Origin: Amoebophrya sp. A120
Taxonomy: Eukaryota; Protista; Dinoflagellata
Direction: 5' to 3'
DNA: 64,000 bases
NCBI GenBank assembly: GCA_905178155.1
Contig: CAJINV010000001.1
Location: 9,507,865 to 9,571,864, forward strand
Shown here: positions 24,401 through 36,700 of the stretch, piece after piece
Layout: every line of letters begins with the position of its first letter
Numbering within the stretch: the first letter of the stretch is position 1
Program-made: the position numbers and the translations under genes
The notes under the pieces: generated by a model
Told to the model about the DNA's origin: nothing
Databases searched by the model: none
What the model saw: only the letters and a program-made list of their open reading frames with translations

Positions 24401-27400
24401 CCCGAAAATGCGCGCGGACGTGAGCTTTTCGAAATCCGGATCCGCAATCTTCTCGTAGACATGCGTGTAGTCCTCTTCCAGTCTTCGCTTTGCCTCGTAC
24501 TCGCGCTCGAGCTGCTCGCGCCACTCCTCGGGCGGGTCGAGGGAAACGTCGTGGATGCCATCCTGAACGGACATCGTGTACTTTGTGATCGGCGAAGCTG
24601 GTGTAGAATACGCGCCGATCGCTTCTTTTTTTGGCAGAGATTTGGTTCCCGGTTGTGGTTCCTCTACATCGCCAGAACTGGCGGACGACGACACATTCAT
24701 GGAAACCTTCAGAAGGATTGGTGGTGCAGAAGTTTCATCTTCACGGTCTTCATGGATTCTACTTGAAGACACCGACGCAACTTCGAGGCCCAAGTCGAGC
24801 GTGACGTCAAGCCCGTCGCCGTCGGGCCGGCGTTGGAGCTTGGGGGAGGGAGGGCGTGCAGAGGATGCTGCGCCGGAAAATGGCGCGGCTCCTGAGCCAG
24901 ACGCCCCAGTTGTATGATCATGTCGCCGTTTATTGGAAGATTTGTTCCTACTTCTTGAGGCAGTTCTTTCCCTGCTTCCTTCCCTTTGACTGTCGTCAAG
25001 TCCCTCCAACTTTTCGCGTTTTTTCTTCTTTTTTTTCTTTTTCCCTGTTGTTGTGCAGGTGTCATCCATCGAGGATTTGCGTTTCTTTTTCTTCTTCGGT
25101 TCCGCGGCCTCAATCCGAACTTTTTTCACCGGAGCACGCCCGTCGTTAATTCGTACGGTGCTGCTTTGCTCCTGTCCTATGTCGTCAATCGTTCTTGAGT
25201 CATGCGGTTGTTCACCGCCGTCTCCGGCACGTCGCTTCTGCCGCACAATCGCGTCGTTTCTGTGCGAAATCAGAGACCGCACGTACCGCAAAACCGCGTT
25301 CGTGTCAGCATTCGTCTCCTCGTCCATCCGGACCGCGAACTCTACTTCCGTTTCATTCGCCGGCGCCACGGGTCTTCGCTTCCAGGTCGGGATCAAGTAC
25401 TCGACGCGCGGCACGTGGGCGGAATTCGTGAGGAGGTAGCGAAAGATGATCGGGTCTGGGTTGTACAGGCACCGCTGATCTTCGCCTATTTGCAGGTAAG
25501 TCCTCACCGCATCGGCCAAAACTTTCTCCTGGTTAAGAACCGGATCCACAACACGAATTGGGGGCGACAAATGCTTCTCCACAGTTCCCCTTCTGGCACT
25601 GTTCAAGGGCGAGATGTAGTTGCTTGACCCCCGCACGCGGGCCGGTGCGGTGGAAGACGAGGAGCCGCCGTACTGGTAATTCCGGAAACTCGTCGTGCCC
25701 TGCTCGTGGTGGGAGGGCTCGCGGCGCGGACTGGTGGCGACTTTGTCCGGTTGTCGACTCAGCCAGTTGTCCACAAAATACTTTTGGTGCGTCAGACCTG
25801 CAGTGGTAATGCGGCCGTTGTGCGGGGACAAGGGCGTCGGCGACTGCGCGCCGGTTCTCGTTTGCACGAACAACCCGAAGACCGCGGAGAGCGTCAGACG
25901 ACGGATGTACCCACCTGCGAGAATACGGGAAAAGGCATGCTTGTCGTTGTAACAGGCCTGCATCAACAAGACCTCGTCCACGGGTCTCGGTTGAAGGGGG
26001 AAAAGATTGCGCTTATACGGGGACGGGGAGAGCGCTGGCTTCCCCGACGAGGTCGGTCTGCTGATTGAGTCGCTTTCCCGCACTGCAGTTGTTGTAGTGT
26101 CAGGGGCGGCTTCAGCTCTTGGTGAACAAGTGTGCAGAGAACTCGCTGGCCCGATGGTTAGGGTTACGTAATCCGAATCTACGTACTTGCCGCTGGCCCG
26201 ACTTGCCGAGCTGCGGTGTTTTCTTGCGTCCTCCGCAGCTGCTTTTCGTTGTTGCAAGACCGCAGTGGTCACGCAACTATCTGCACCAACAGCCGTGCCC
26301 TCAATGACCTCGACTTCATCGTCTTCCAGGAACCTTTTCGTTTCCGGTTCGTCTGCAAAAACTGAACGAGGTAACTCGATAAAATTTCTGGGCGGCTTGG
26401 GGTTCCGCAGTCGTGGCGAGCGGTAGGTCGAACTTTCGACCGTCACATCCCAGTCACCGCGAAACTGCGGTCTGACGAGCGGCGGTGCCACGTATTTCTC
26501 CGTTTTATTGCTCAGTAACGAGCCGTAATTACTATCCCGAGCGGACCTCGTCTGCTCCACTGGCGTCCCAGCCCGACTGTGAGGAAAGCGCGGCGGCACC
26601 CTAGCGCTATTTCTTTCTTGCGTAATATGCGTGGTCTGTTGCATCTGCTGCTGGGACCCACTGAAGAGGTGCTCTTGGTGATACAGCAGCTCTGGTCCTG
26701 GTAGACTGCGTGCTGTGTTCGAGCGAACAGTTGGCGCTGGCCCAGCAGATCGGGCGGTCACGGTAACTGGCACAGTTTTCGATTGCTTCAGTTCATCTGC
26801 ATGACGAGACCGAGCTGTACTCGCAGCTGACTGCACAGGAACTTCCTGAGCTGGCTCCTGCCGCCGCTCCTCCAGCACTGCACGCTGCTTTGCAAAGAAC
26901 TCCTCCGCCACTGCTTTCGCAGCTACTGCTTGTTCTTCCGCCGTGCCGCCCATTGCTGCCACGAAGGCTATCCGCTCATCGGTCAAGTGTTCCTCAGCCC
27001 TTTTCAGATCCACAATTTTTCGCAACTCGGCCTGGATTTCCGCGATCTCGCGTACCAGACCGGAAACAACCTTCTCCGAGTCCGCGGGGTACGATTCCGG
27101 CTGCAAGTCTGACACCAGGCTCGTGAAGGCTCGCAACTGACGGCGCGCGGGCACGAATTTTGTACGGTGCAACTGCTGAATCTTCTGCAGGTAAAACGGC
27201 AAGTGCGGGCACTGTGCCGTGTCCATGTCGATTGTCGCATTTGCTTTTTCGGTCTCCGTTTCGGACGATGACGAATCTGCATTGTTAGTGCGCTCCCTCT
27301 CTCGCCGCGCGCTCAGCCGCTGCTGCAAATCACGTTCGTAATGATCGAGCATGTCGCCGACCGACTGGCTTTCCATTTGCAAATGGTACAGCTTTTTCTT

Positions 27401-30400
27401 TGTAATTTCTGCTGGCACCGCAATGGTCGTCTGAAGGATATCGATAGAAGAGGTTGTGTCCTGCTGGGGGTCTCTCTGCGACCGCGAAGTCGTGCTCGTG
27501 TTCAGTGGGGGCAGTAGTGCTCGATCTCTATTTCTTCCCCGGGGCGATCCGTAGCTCCGAGCAGACGCAATCCCGACGGTCGGGTCTCTATCCTCCCCGA
27601 AAAGACGCTCAACCGCAGGACTTAGCGGGAGCGCGGGCCGAACCGCAGCTGCGCTGTCTGATTTTGCTGTTCTGTCTGTGTCCTTTTTGTTCTTATTCCC
27701 ATCACGAACATGCTCTACCTCCCGGTCCTGAAACACATTCCTCCGCGAAGGAGATCCTACAGGACCGACGGGCTTGTCCGTCAACGTTTCTTCAATCGAC
27801 AAAATTTTTTCCTTCAGCGCCTGCAATTCGTCCTCGGTTAGCTCGGGCTCCCCGAGAATTTCGTCCTCCACATCCAGAAAATTCACTTCGTCAACCGTCT
27901 CCGCGGGAATCTGGTCTGCTGCCGGCGGCCCGCGGCGGCCGCGGGTGGCTAGCAGCAGCTGCTGTTCTTCTTCATACGCTTCCCGTGCGGATTCTAGACG
28001 CATTTCGGTGTGGGCGTCAACCAGCTGCTTGATATCCTTAATGAGGCCGTTTTTCACCAGCCGCTCTGCTTCCAGCTTCACGGGATTCTCCTCGTCGTCG
28101 TCCGCAAATTCGACGTCGGCAAAAACATTGGCGTCCTCCATCTTTGCGTTCCAATTTGACAGCTCCCGTGCGAGACGGCGACTTTCACGAGCGGCTTCGT
28201 TATCAACTACAACTATGCGTACTCCTCCGAGTTCATCTCGCTGTGCTTGCTCATCGGCGACCCGGCTACTCCTGCTACCGTGGCTGATTGCAGGCAGGGC
28301 AGCTCGAGAAGTTGCTCGATCATCTGTGTCGACAGAAATCACAGTGTTGCCTTTCGTCGCTGTTTTCGGCTGGATCCGTAGCGGTTTCGGCTTGTGCTCG
28401 ATTACTTTTCCAGTGTTGTCCTGATGCACCAGATTTGGTTCTGCTCTAGTACCAGCTACAACTTTCGGCTTTGGTGCTCCATAGGGAAGATCTGTAGCAA
28501 CCTGCTGGTCGTGTCCCCGCGGCTGGACCTTCTTTGGCTGTATTAGCGGCATGCCTTGTGCCGCGACGCGCCGATGAGCAGCCTCATCCGGTCCTGCGGC
28601 GACATTCGCAGTGCCTGTGTCTTGTCCCAGATGAACACCAGAGGCATAAACCGATCCGTACTCGTAATCATCTCCGGCCTGGCCTGCACCGCGATCAGTT
28701 CGCTCACAGAATGACAACGCGGCAGGCCGAGACGAGGCCTTCTTCTTCGGACTGAGTGCGAAAAGTGGTTTTCGCTGCGCTGCTTCACCACTCGTCGTCG
28801 CTGAGGATTTTGGGTGTAGCCCGGAGGCGCCACCGTTTCTAGCCCCAGCAGCACGGTCACGATTCAAATTTTGCTGTTGCTCGAGGACTGATCTGTGCAT
28901 CTTCCGCGCACTCACAGCGGCGTCCGGCGACGGTTTTCGCGTTTTTGTTTTCGCCGCTGCTGACCGCGCTGATGAAACCTTCTCGCGATCCTCGAACTCC
29001 GCTGCCTTCACGGGATCGTAGCGCTGCTGCTCACATTCCTCCTGAATGTCCTCGATGAGACGGTGGAGTTGCAATTTGCCTTTTTCTCGCCGCGTCATGT
29101 GCAACTTGTCCATGTCGATGCTCTCCCGCTTTCTGCGCGCAAGCTCGTCTTTCTCCGCATCCAGGCGTGCACGCTCTTCTTCTTGGAACTTCGCTTCCGC
29201 ATCTGCCAAAGCCACATTTATCACCTCGCCAGGCCGATTTGCCTTCCCTGCGGAGGCAGTACTCTCTCCCGCCGTCGCGGACACAAACGAAGCGAGCTGG
29301 CCTCGTTTGCGGTCCCTTTCCTCCGCTTGCTTTTTCAGCGATTCTTTCTCCGCTCCAACGTAGTTCTTCAACGACTTCACCCTTTCCGCTACTCTCGCTT
29401 CCGCCCCAGCTTCGTGCTCCGCTTTCCTCCTGGCCTTCTCGTCCTCAGATTGTCGTCGCATCATCTCCGCTTCAAGTTCCAGTAGTTGCTCTTCCGTCGC
29501 GACTTCGAGGAAATCCGCGCCGCGCTTCACGAAGAAATCTCGCAAGACCGATCGCTTTTCGTCTCGCTGACTCGCTTCCTTTTTCAGATCCTCTTTCCCG
29601 TCCTCGACGTATTGCCGCAGCGCGGCGAGACGGTACTTTAAATCCTTCACGACCGGCTGGGGCGGCTCCGGTGGTTCCTCAGGGACGGCGTCGGTATCTT
29701 GAAGCTCGGCGTCGTCTTCACCTTCAGGTTGGTGACTTGCCTGTTCGTTCTCGCGACCCGGGTCGCCTGGTTGGACTTCGCCTTCTGCAGCCACACCGAT
29801 TTGGGTTTCCAGACCCGCGGCAGCACCTGCATGCTCGGTGGAAGAGGCGTCCTGGCGCGATTGCTCGTGTAACGGCACTGTTCCTGCAAGAAAGTGTCGC
29901 TCTGCGGCAGCGTCGGACGAGACTCTTGCAACTGCACCAGAATCTTCCGGATCTTCACTGGGTGGATTTCTTCCGTCGTCTCCCGATGCGACACCCTGGT
30001 CTACTTGCTCAGTATCTTTGTCGAACTCCTCGTCCTCCTCCTCCTGCTCTTGTTTGGACGGTGCGCTGCGTGACGGGGCGACCTTGGGTTTCAAATCCTC
30101 CTGGACTTCGGTTTTCCTTTGATTCAACACAGCAGTATGAGATTGCGCCCGGACTGGAGATGCAGACGCTCCAGCTCCCGGCTCGGTATCGGAATCTTCT
30201 CTTCTGCGAAGGGCGTACATCGTTTGCGAGCGCTGGGGCTTCTTTCCGTTCTGCAGCTCCAGTGCCGGCACGTCCTGTCGGAGATTGGGAAAGGAATTCC
30301 GGTGTCTTACGGCGTGCGTTCCACTACTGGCAGAGGAACCGGCATTGCTGGCCGCATCCATTTCCTGCTGCTGCGACTGCGCAAGTGCAGCTGGCGTTTG

Positions 30401-32383
30401 GACTTTATCATGGTGAGACGAGTCTCCCAAGTCTGTCGCTACGCGAAGAGCGGCAAGATCTGCCCCATGGTCCTCGACTATCTCCTCGCTATCACTCGCC
30501 GCCAACACGGTTTTTCCCGCCACGTCCTCAAAAATCTTGGATTGCTGTTGCGAAACCGACAATGAGTCCACATCCTCGACAATCCCGAGGGCTTCATCCT
30601 CCTCTCGCCGCTCTTTTGACGCTGAAAATCCGACCTTTGTTCCCGGCAATTCCTGTCTGGCTCGCTTCACCGCGACCGAATCTTGTTCCCCGACGCTCGG
30701 CTCGCCGAGGCTTGAGACGCTGCGAACGGAGCGCGGCTCTACAGCGTCTCCTCCCGCGCCACTCGGGGGGCAGAGAAATTTTTTCATCTCGGCACTGTCG
30801 TCGTTCGTATCAGCTTTCCGTTTAGCAGCGGACTTTTCTCCTTGATCCTTCCTTTTCTTGCTGTGTTTGTTCGGATGTGCGGACGCTGGGCGACTGCGTA
30901 CCGCCTTGCTTCTTGGTGGATCCGCAGTGCCGTCCGCGCCGTTTCGTCCGGCTTCCGCTTCGAAATGAGACGCATCGGCTCCCTGGTCCTCCGGCTCATG
31001 ATCAGTGCCGCCCCTGTCTTCAACTGCATCCGAACCTTTGCTGGGCTTTTCTTTTGATCCTTTTGGACTTCTGCTTTTTGACTGTGATTTCGTCACTTTT
31101 CCTGCTTTACCTACCTGCTCCGGTGAAGTTTTGTCCTTTTTCGCTGCAGACTTTCCATCTTTCTCTTTCGATTTTGGCGAAGATGGTTTCGAAGCAGCAG
31201 AGTTGGCTCGCGCTGCCGTCTGTGGTCTATCGCGGCTTCTCTTGTTTGCAGCGGCATCCGCCTTCTGTGGGCCATCTGATCTCGAAAGCTCTGCACTGGG
31301 AGTGGTGGGTCTCGTGCTTTTGGTTGTGTTCGTTTTATCGCTTTGATGTGCTACTGGCATGCGTCGCTGTTGACCACGAATTTCTTGGCCTTGCCCTTGG
31401 GTATAGTGTGACTTCACGCTTTTTCCTTTGCGGTCATTATCAGTACCTTTCGCCTCCGATATACCAGCCGCAAAAGTACTACCTTCTGCGGCTGCTTTTT
31501 TTGTTTTGCCATTGGCAGCGGACGGCGAGGTTCCCGCCACTAGTCTCCGGGCCTGCTCACCCACCGGACTTCTCGAGGACGGCGACCCTTGTCGGCGTCC
31601 CTGATTGCGCAGCACTAAATCCAGCGGAGATGGGGAGCGAGAACGACTTGGCACCATGTCCGGACTTCGCATGCGCAGTCTCTCCTCTTCTGCACGCCGC
31701 GCGCGGTCAAGAAACAGTCTTTCCGCAAGCTTTTCTCGCTCAGAAAACACCGTCGGACTGGCCATTGCACGTGGAGGTGGACCAGCACGGGAAGGTTGTA
31801 AACCTCCTCCATTGAGCATTGACGAGAAGGCGTCATCCTTGATGAAGATAGAGGGCTGCTGCTGTAGTTGGTGTTGCTGCGCACTTCGTGTAGTTCGCGT
31901 GCTGCTTACCTGTGGATTCAACAAAGGACTCCTGCGAAACGCGGATACCAAATCTAGTTTCTGCTTTTTAACGTTGATGGGAACTGAAGTTTTGATGCTC
32001 TCTCCCACACCGTGCACGAGCTGCCGGATGCCGCGCTGTCGCTCCTGTGGACTGTTCAGCCGACGATGCGGTCCACCAGCTCCGTGCGGAGAGGTTGTAG
32101 AAGCACCGCCAGCGGAGGTTGCGAAGACCAGACTTGACACCAATGCATCGATGTCGCGATCCCGGTGCTGCAAAAACCGAGAGTGCTCGCTTCCGAGCGG
32201 CGACGGGGACCGGTCCTGTGCAGTGCCGGCAACCTGGGAGTCAACATGTGGAAGTGGATCGAAAAATTCCTCCTGGAACGGCAATCGTGGCTCAGTGAGA
32301 TGAGATCGCTCTTCTATTTTCATGAAGTCCACGCCCTCTGCGGCGGTTTGAGATTTCCGGTAGCTCCACTTGTTGTGCGACAT
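18455..32383 (-). CDS. Giant (~4,500 aa) low-complexity/coiled-coil protein with an IQ motif, 4 exons
   Basis: ORFs 23954-32383, 20948-23884, part of 20595-21017 and 18455-20557 join in frame via the TIR element at 23834-23984 and GT-AG introns at 20902-21017 and 20613-20766 (13,503 nt). IQ motif: ATKIQAWFRGILGRRIY. Confidence 0.8.
23834..23984. mobile_element. Introner-like non-canonical intron 3 (151 bp, 24-bp TIR, 5-bp direct repeat TCCTC)
   Basis: TATCCACAGTAAATTTCCCGTACA versus TATGCAATGTAAATTTCCCGTACA (21/24), plus an inverted TGCATGACAAA pair at 23869 and 23941. TCCTC lies at 23829-23833 and 23985-23989. Removal gives RRREAEE-ERKRLERE. Confidence 0.92.
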
Positions 32384-33720
32384 CTTTATTTAGGCCCCTG
32401 CTGACAGGGGCTATTCTTACCTGGTACCCTCAAGTCATTCTACGTCGATATGGATCGATTCAGATTCAGAACGTTTCATGTACGTGCGCTTTTGAAGAGC
32501 CACGATAGTTGCGAAACGTGGCCGAAACTTATCGCCATCGTAAGAAACACAGGCAAAAGAAAACCGCCACCGCGAAAAGCGAATATAAAAAATTTAGAAA
32601 TTATGTATGGCGCTGCATCAGCTGCGCCACAGATATATCACGAGTTGTAAATACGAGTACGACCTTCGAGTCGAAGCACGACCTGCGACGCTCCAAACCG
32701 TTGTTTATCTTCGCGGCGCGCTTTCATCGACACCAACGATCGAAAATATCCGTTGCGAGGCACGGCGAATGCAAACGCATTCCCAGAAGTTAAATGTTTG
32801 TCCTGAGCGACAAAAACGAACTCAATGTATGAATTGCCACGAACATTGAGGAGCGAAGCGAAGACACACTAACAACTTACTATCCTCACGCAAAATAAAA
32901 AAACAAACGGATACGCGATCAGGAAAGATCAGACAGACTGCCAAGCGCTGCCTCAAGGTCCAGGAAACGGTCAGCCCGGAACAAAGGAATCCAATCTTTC
33001 ACTCTTAGCAGAAAGCCACTAGACGGAGCAGAGGCTGTACTAATAGGCGTGAGAAGTTATCCTCAAACATCTAGGCTGGGGTGGTCAATCTCAATCGATT
33101 CTACAAACAGGACTAGCTCGTCGAAGCTATGACATCAAGTCATTTTCATGAAAATGTTCGTGTATGGTGATGTCGTTGATACTTTTCCAGTATTAACCTT
33201 CGTGCAATATGTACGTTGTTAGTTCCTCACGTCACTCCATTAATTCTTGCTTTTCTTTTTGTAAAATTATCTTCAGGGTAGCACCGGTGCTGCTTTTGGT
33301 TTTCTACTTAAATTAAAATTGGAGTGTGTCGCTTTACTTGTCGAAGAACTGTATTGAAATCCATACATTGCTCCCTTGATACGTCAAAATCAAAAATGAA
33401 ACAAATAACTAATTGAAAGGGCAACTTGCTAAGAACACTCAAAACATATGAAATAACTCATCATACACGGAGGAAAACTTCTGCGATCTAAAGATTGCGA
33501 GACAGTTATCCGATTTATTATCACCTGGTTCCTATCATTATCATAATTGCGCACCGGGAAAGAGGGTTGGAATTTGTGTGATTGCTTTGAAGTTTTCGCT
33601 TTTCGCAAATGGAAAAGCGGATGATCGTGGTTACTGGTAAGCCTTAGGCTTAGCTGCACAACGACAACAGAAATACGCGTCATCCCATCTTCTCAAGTGT
33701 CGCTCTATGCGACGACCTCT

Positions 33721-36700
33721 TCACCTTGGTGTCGGCGTCCGCGCCCCAGAGCGATTTCGCGCGTAATTGGTAACATTGAAAGAGGTTTGCGTATAGTGGA
33801 TGCTCTTCGTTTTCACTCGATTTCTGTTTTTCTGACTGAAGAAATCGTTCTGTTCGTAAACAAGTTGCTCCTTGGACATCCGCCTAGCACTGCTCGGGCG
33901 GCGAGAAACGGTGGAGTTTGTTTCTTTGCTGGCGGTGTTGCGGTCCTTCTCCTTGCTCGCACGGACACTTGCGCTCCGGGAGGCGTCGCGCACCAACAAG
34001 GGCGTGCGCGAAGACGAAGTAGAGCCATGCGGGTTTACAGGCACAATCGCCGTTGGTGTAATGGCAGATGGCATTGGCACAAGCGCCATGCTGGAGCACG
34101 CTGATGTGGGCTCTCGATAATTCTGCGACAATTTTTCCGCGTGCTTGTTGGAGTCAGCAGTTGCCGTCGAGTGCTGGTGTCTGCTCCCCTGGGCTGCCTG
34201 AGTTGCATTCCTACTGCTCAATCGACGATGAGACAGCGCCGGCCTCTTGTCGTCATTTTGAAAAGACTGCTTTCTGTCTCGCTCCCCTGGGGGCTGCACC
34301 TGGTGCTGCTGGGCGGCCATGGACTTCGATATTGCATCGTGCAACCCCGGGTCCTCGCGCCATTTCTTTGCCGACGTCGCGTGTCTCTCTGCCCTTGCAT
34401 CGTGGACTTTGGTGCTAGAATCCGGCAGTTTCGGCATGGCCGAAAGTTGCGGCGGCTGCAGTCCCATCGACGGGGTACTGGCATTCGGCGGGTTGTTTTC
34501 AAAGGGTAGAGGCATCAAGGACAGATCAGGCCATGGTTGCGATGGTGGGGGGCGGATGAATTGCGCGGGTCTGCTAGAGGGCGCTGCAGTCCTTACTTCT
34601 TGCTGCGAGGGTGGGGGATCGGGGCCCGCATAGTTCCGAACAAGCGCTGTAGAAACCTGAAATGCAGCTTAAACTTGAAATTCATTTTTGTTGTTGAACG
34701 GCTGCAATTTCAAATTCATGCTCGTCCAAACCACGCTTAAATGTGTCAACATGAAAACCTAAACAAGGCTCCTGGGTTTTATCGTAGTGATTATTTCTTG
34801 CCTTTAGATTTACCTTCGACATATCTTCTACTTGCTGCGTGATCCGCCCTTGCTGATCCTTTACCACAAGCGCCACTGTTCCCCGATTCTTTCCCGGGGA
34901 TATGCAGACCTGGCTCGGACCGAAGTTGAACTGGAAGCCCTCCGGACCGTCGTTTATGTTTCCGATCTTCATTCCGGGGGACGGCGACGAGGGCTCGTAT
35001 TGACGGGGATTTCCCGCCCCAGCTCCGCCCGGAGGATTTTGTTGCAGCAGCTGGGGGGAAGGCGAACTGTATTCCGAGTTGGCCTCTGGAACGACCGGAA
35101 GCCGCTTGTCGTTTTGCTCCACCTTCTGCAAAAACGCGATTGCGTTCTTCTGGATCCGCTGCTCGTGGGTCAGGTAGTTATTGCTTACACCGCTAGACGC
35201 GAGAAGCCGGGTTCGAGCACCTAAAGATTATTGTAGAGTAACAAGGTATATTCCGCACACCAACAGCAACACGATGCCCATCGGATGGGTGACTCTACCA
35301 AGACTACAACTACAAGCAACAAGGTAGGAAAGTGTACAGCCGGTACATAAAGGGATAATTTCTACCTTGATCATTCTCCCTTTTCCAAAACTGATCGAGC
35401 GTGTTTGTCACCTCGAATTGCTTGTCTCGTCTGCTTTTTCCATACGACGCTGCGAGCAACCGGTTTCGCTTGATGAAGTCCGTGGTTTGGCCGCCGGAAG
35501 ACAAGCTCGAGCGCCGAGAATTCGAACAAGAAGTCGACGGTCGGCGGGGCGGCTGCACCGAAAACGATTTGGTATCCCTGTAATAGTGAGATTCATTTTC
35601 ATTTTGAAGACACTTACACCACAGAAGCGGATCTTCCCGCCCCCCTGATCTTGCGCGGGCTGAAAAAAACAGTCACTACGGTGGTCTACTCCTTACTGAC
35701 GGCACTTCTGTCAGTCACGACGACGCATAAGTACAAATTGCACTGACAACAGCCGAACTTTACATAAGTACATGACATGGTCCGCGTGATGCGCGTGTTG
35801 ATTCCCGGGCCCTCTACCGCTCCGACGACCGCCGCAGGCCAGACTGCCGCTGCTATGCGGCCGCTCCCGCTGCGTGGCCCACTTGGCCAGGTGCCGTGCG
35901 TGCTTTTCGTCTCGCTCCCACTGGTGCAAACCGACGTGGACGCGGTTTGCGCTCGCCTCCCGATGCAGAACGTCTTCTTTCCGTCGCGGACTCCAGAACG
36001 GGTTGAGATTTGCCACGTACGTGGAATTGTCGGCAATCTGGTGTGCCAGATCCGTGCGGTACGACCGCTGGGTGCTCAACTTTTGCTCTGGGCTCTGCTC
36101 CTGGGTGGACGGGTCATTCCGAACCAACGCAGCGCAGCCGGCAAGGCTCGAGAGCTGCCGCGAAGGGGAGCCGCTCCTGTCCCGGGGACTGGAAAGCGTC
36201 GGCGTAGCTTCCAGGTCGAAGGTGCGCTGATACGCGCCGGGAGGCTGGTGCGCATTTTATCGACTTTCTCAAAATCACAAAACAAAAACGAGCGCAACAG
36301 CAAAGAAACCTCTACACGAGGTGAACCTGGACGCAAATGCAGATTTCAGCAAGGAACGTCTACTCGCAGGTAGTACCTGCCACTGGTGGTGCCCGCGCGG
36401 TTGCGATTCTCGATTTCTAAATCCCGGCGATTGCGCCAAGAAGCCCGTGACGCGGCCAGCCTTTTCGTCCTGAATTATAAGAGGTTCAACTGTTGATTTT
36501 CTAAGTGTTTTCGAATTTTTCTCAAATAGCTACTTTGCATTCAGAAACTAGTTATGTTTAAATAGCTATTTCCGCGGCTTATGTAGGTAAGCTAGGTAGG
36601 TTCTTTGCGGCTGTGTCTGCAGCCGCAAAGAACCTACCTAGCTTACCTACATAAGCCGCAAAGCTAGCTAATTAAAACTATTACGTTTTAGCTATATGAG

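Noticed and set aside
6690-32383. Stop-codon reassignment as an explanation for adjacent same-frame ORFs
   Set aside because: The gaps are explained by AT-rich introns or TIR elements, and long exons are free of all three stop codons.
33128-33181. Small palindrome CATTTTCATGAAAATG with weak flanking inverted repeat starting TAT
   Set aside because: It has no 5-bp direct repeat and is too short to call an element.
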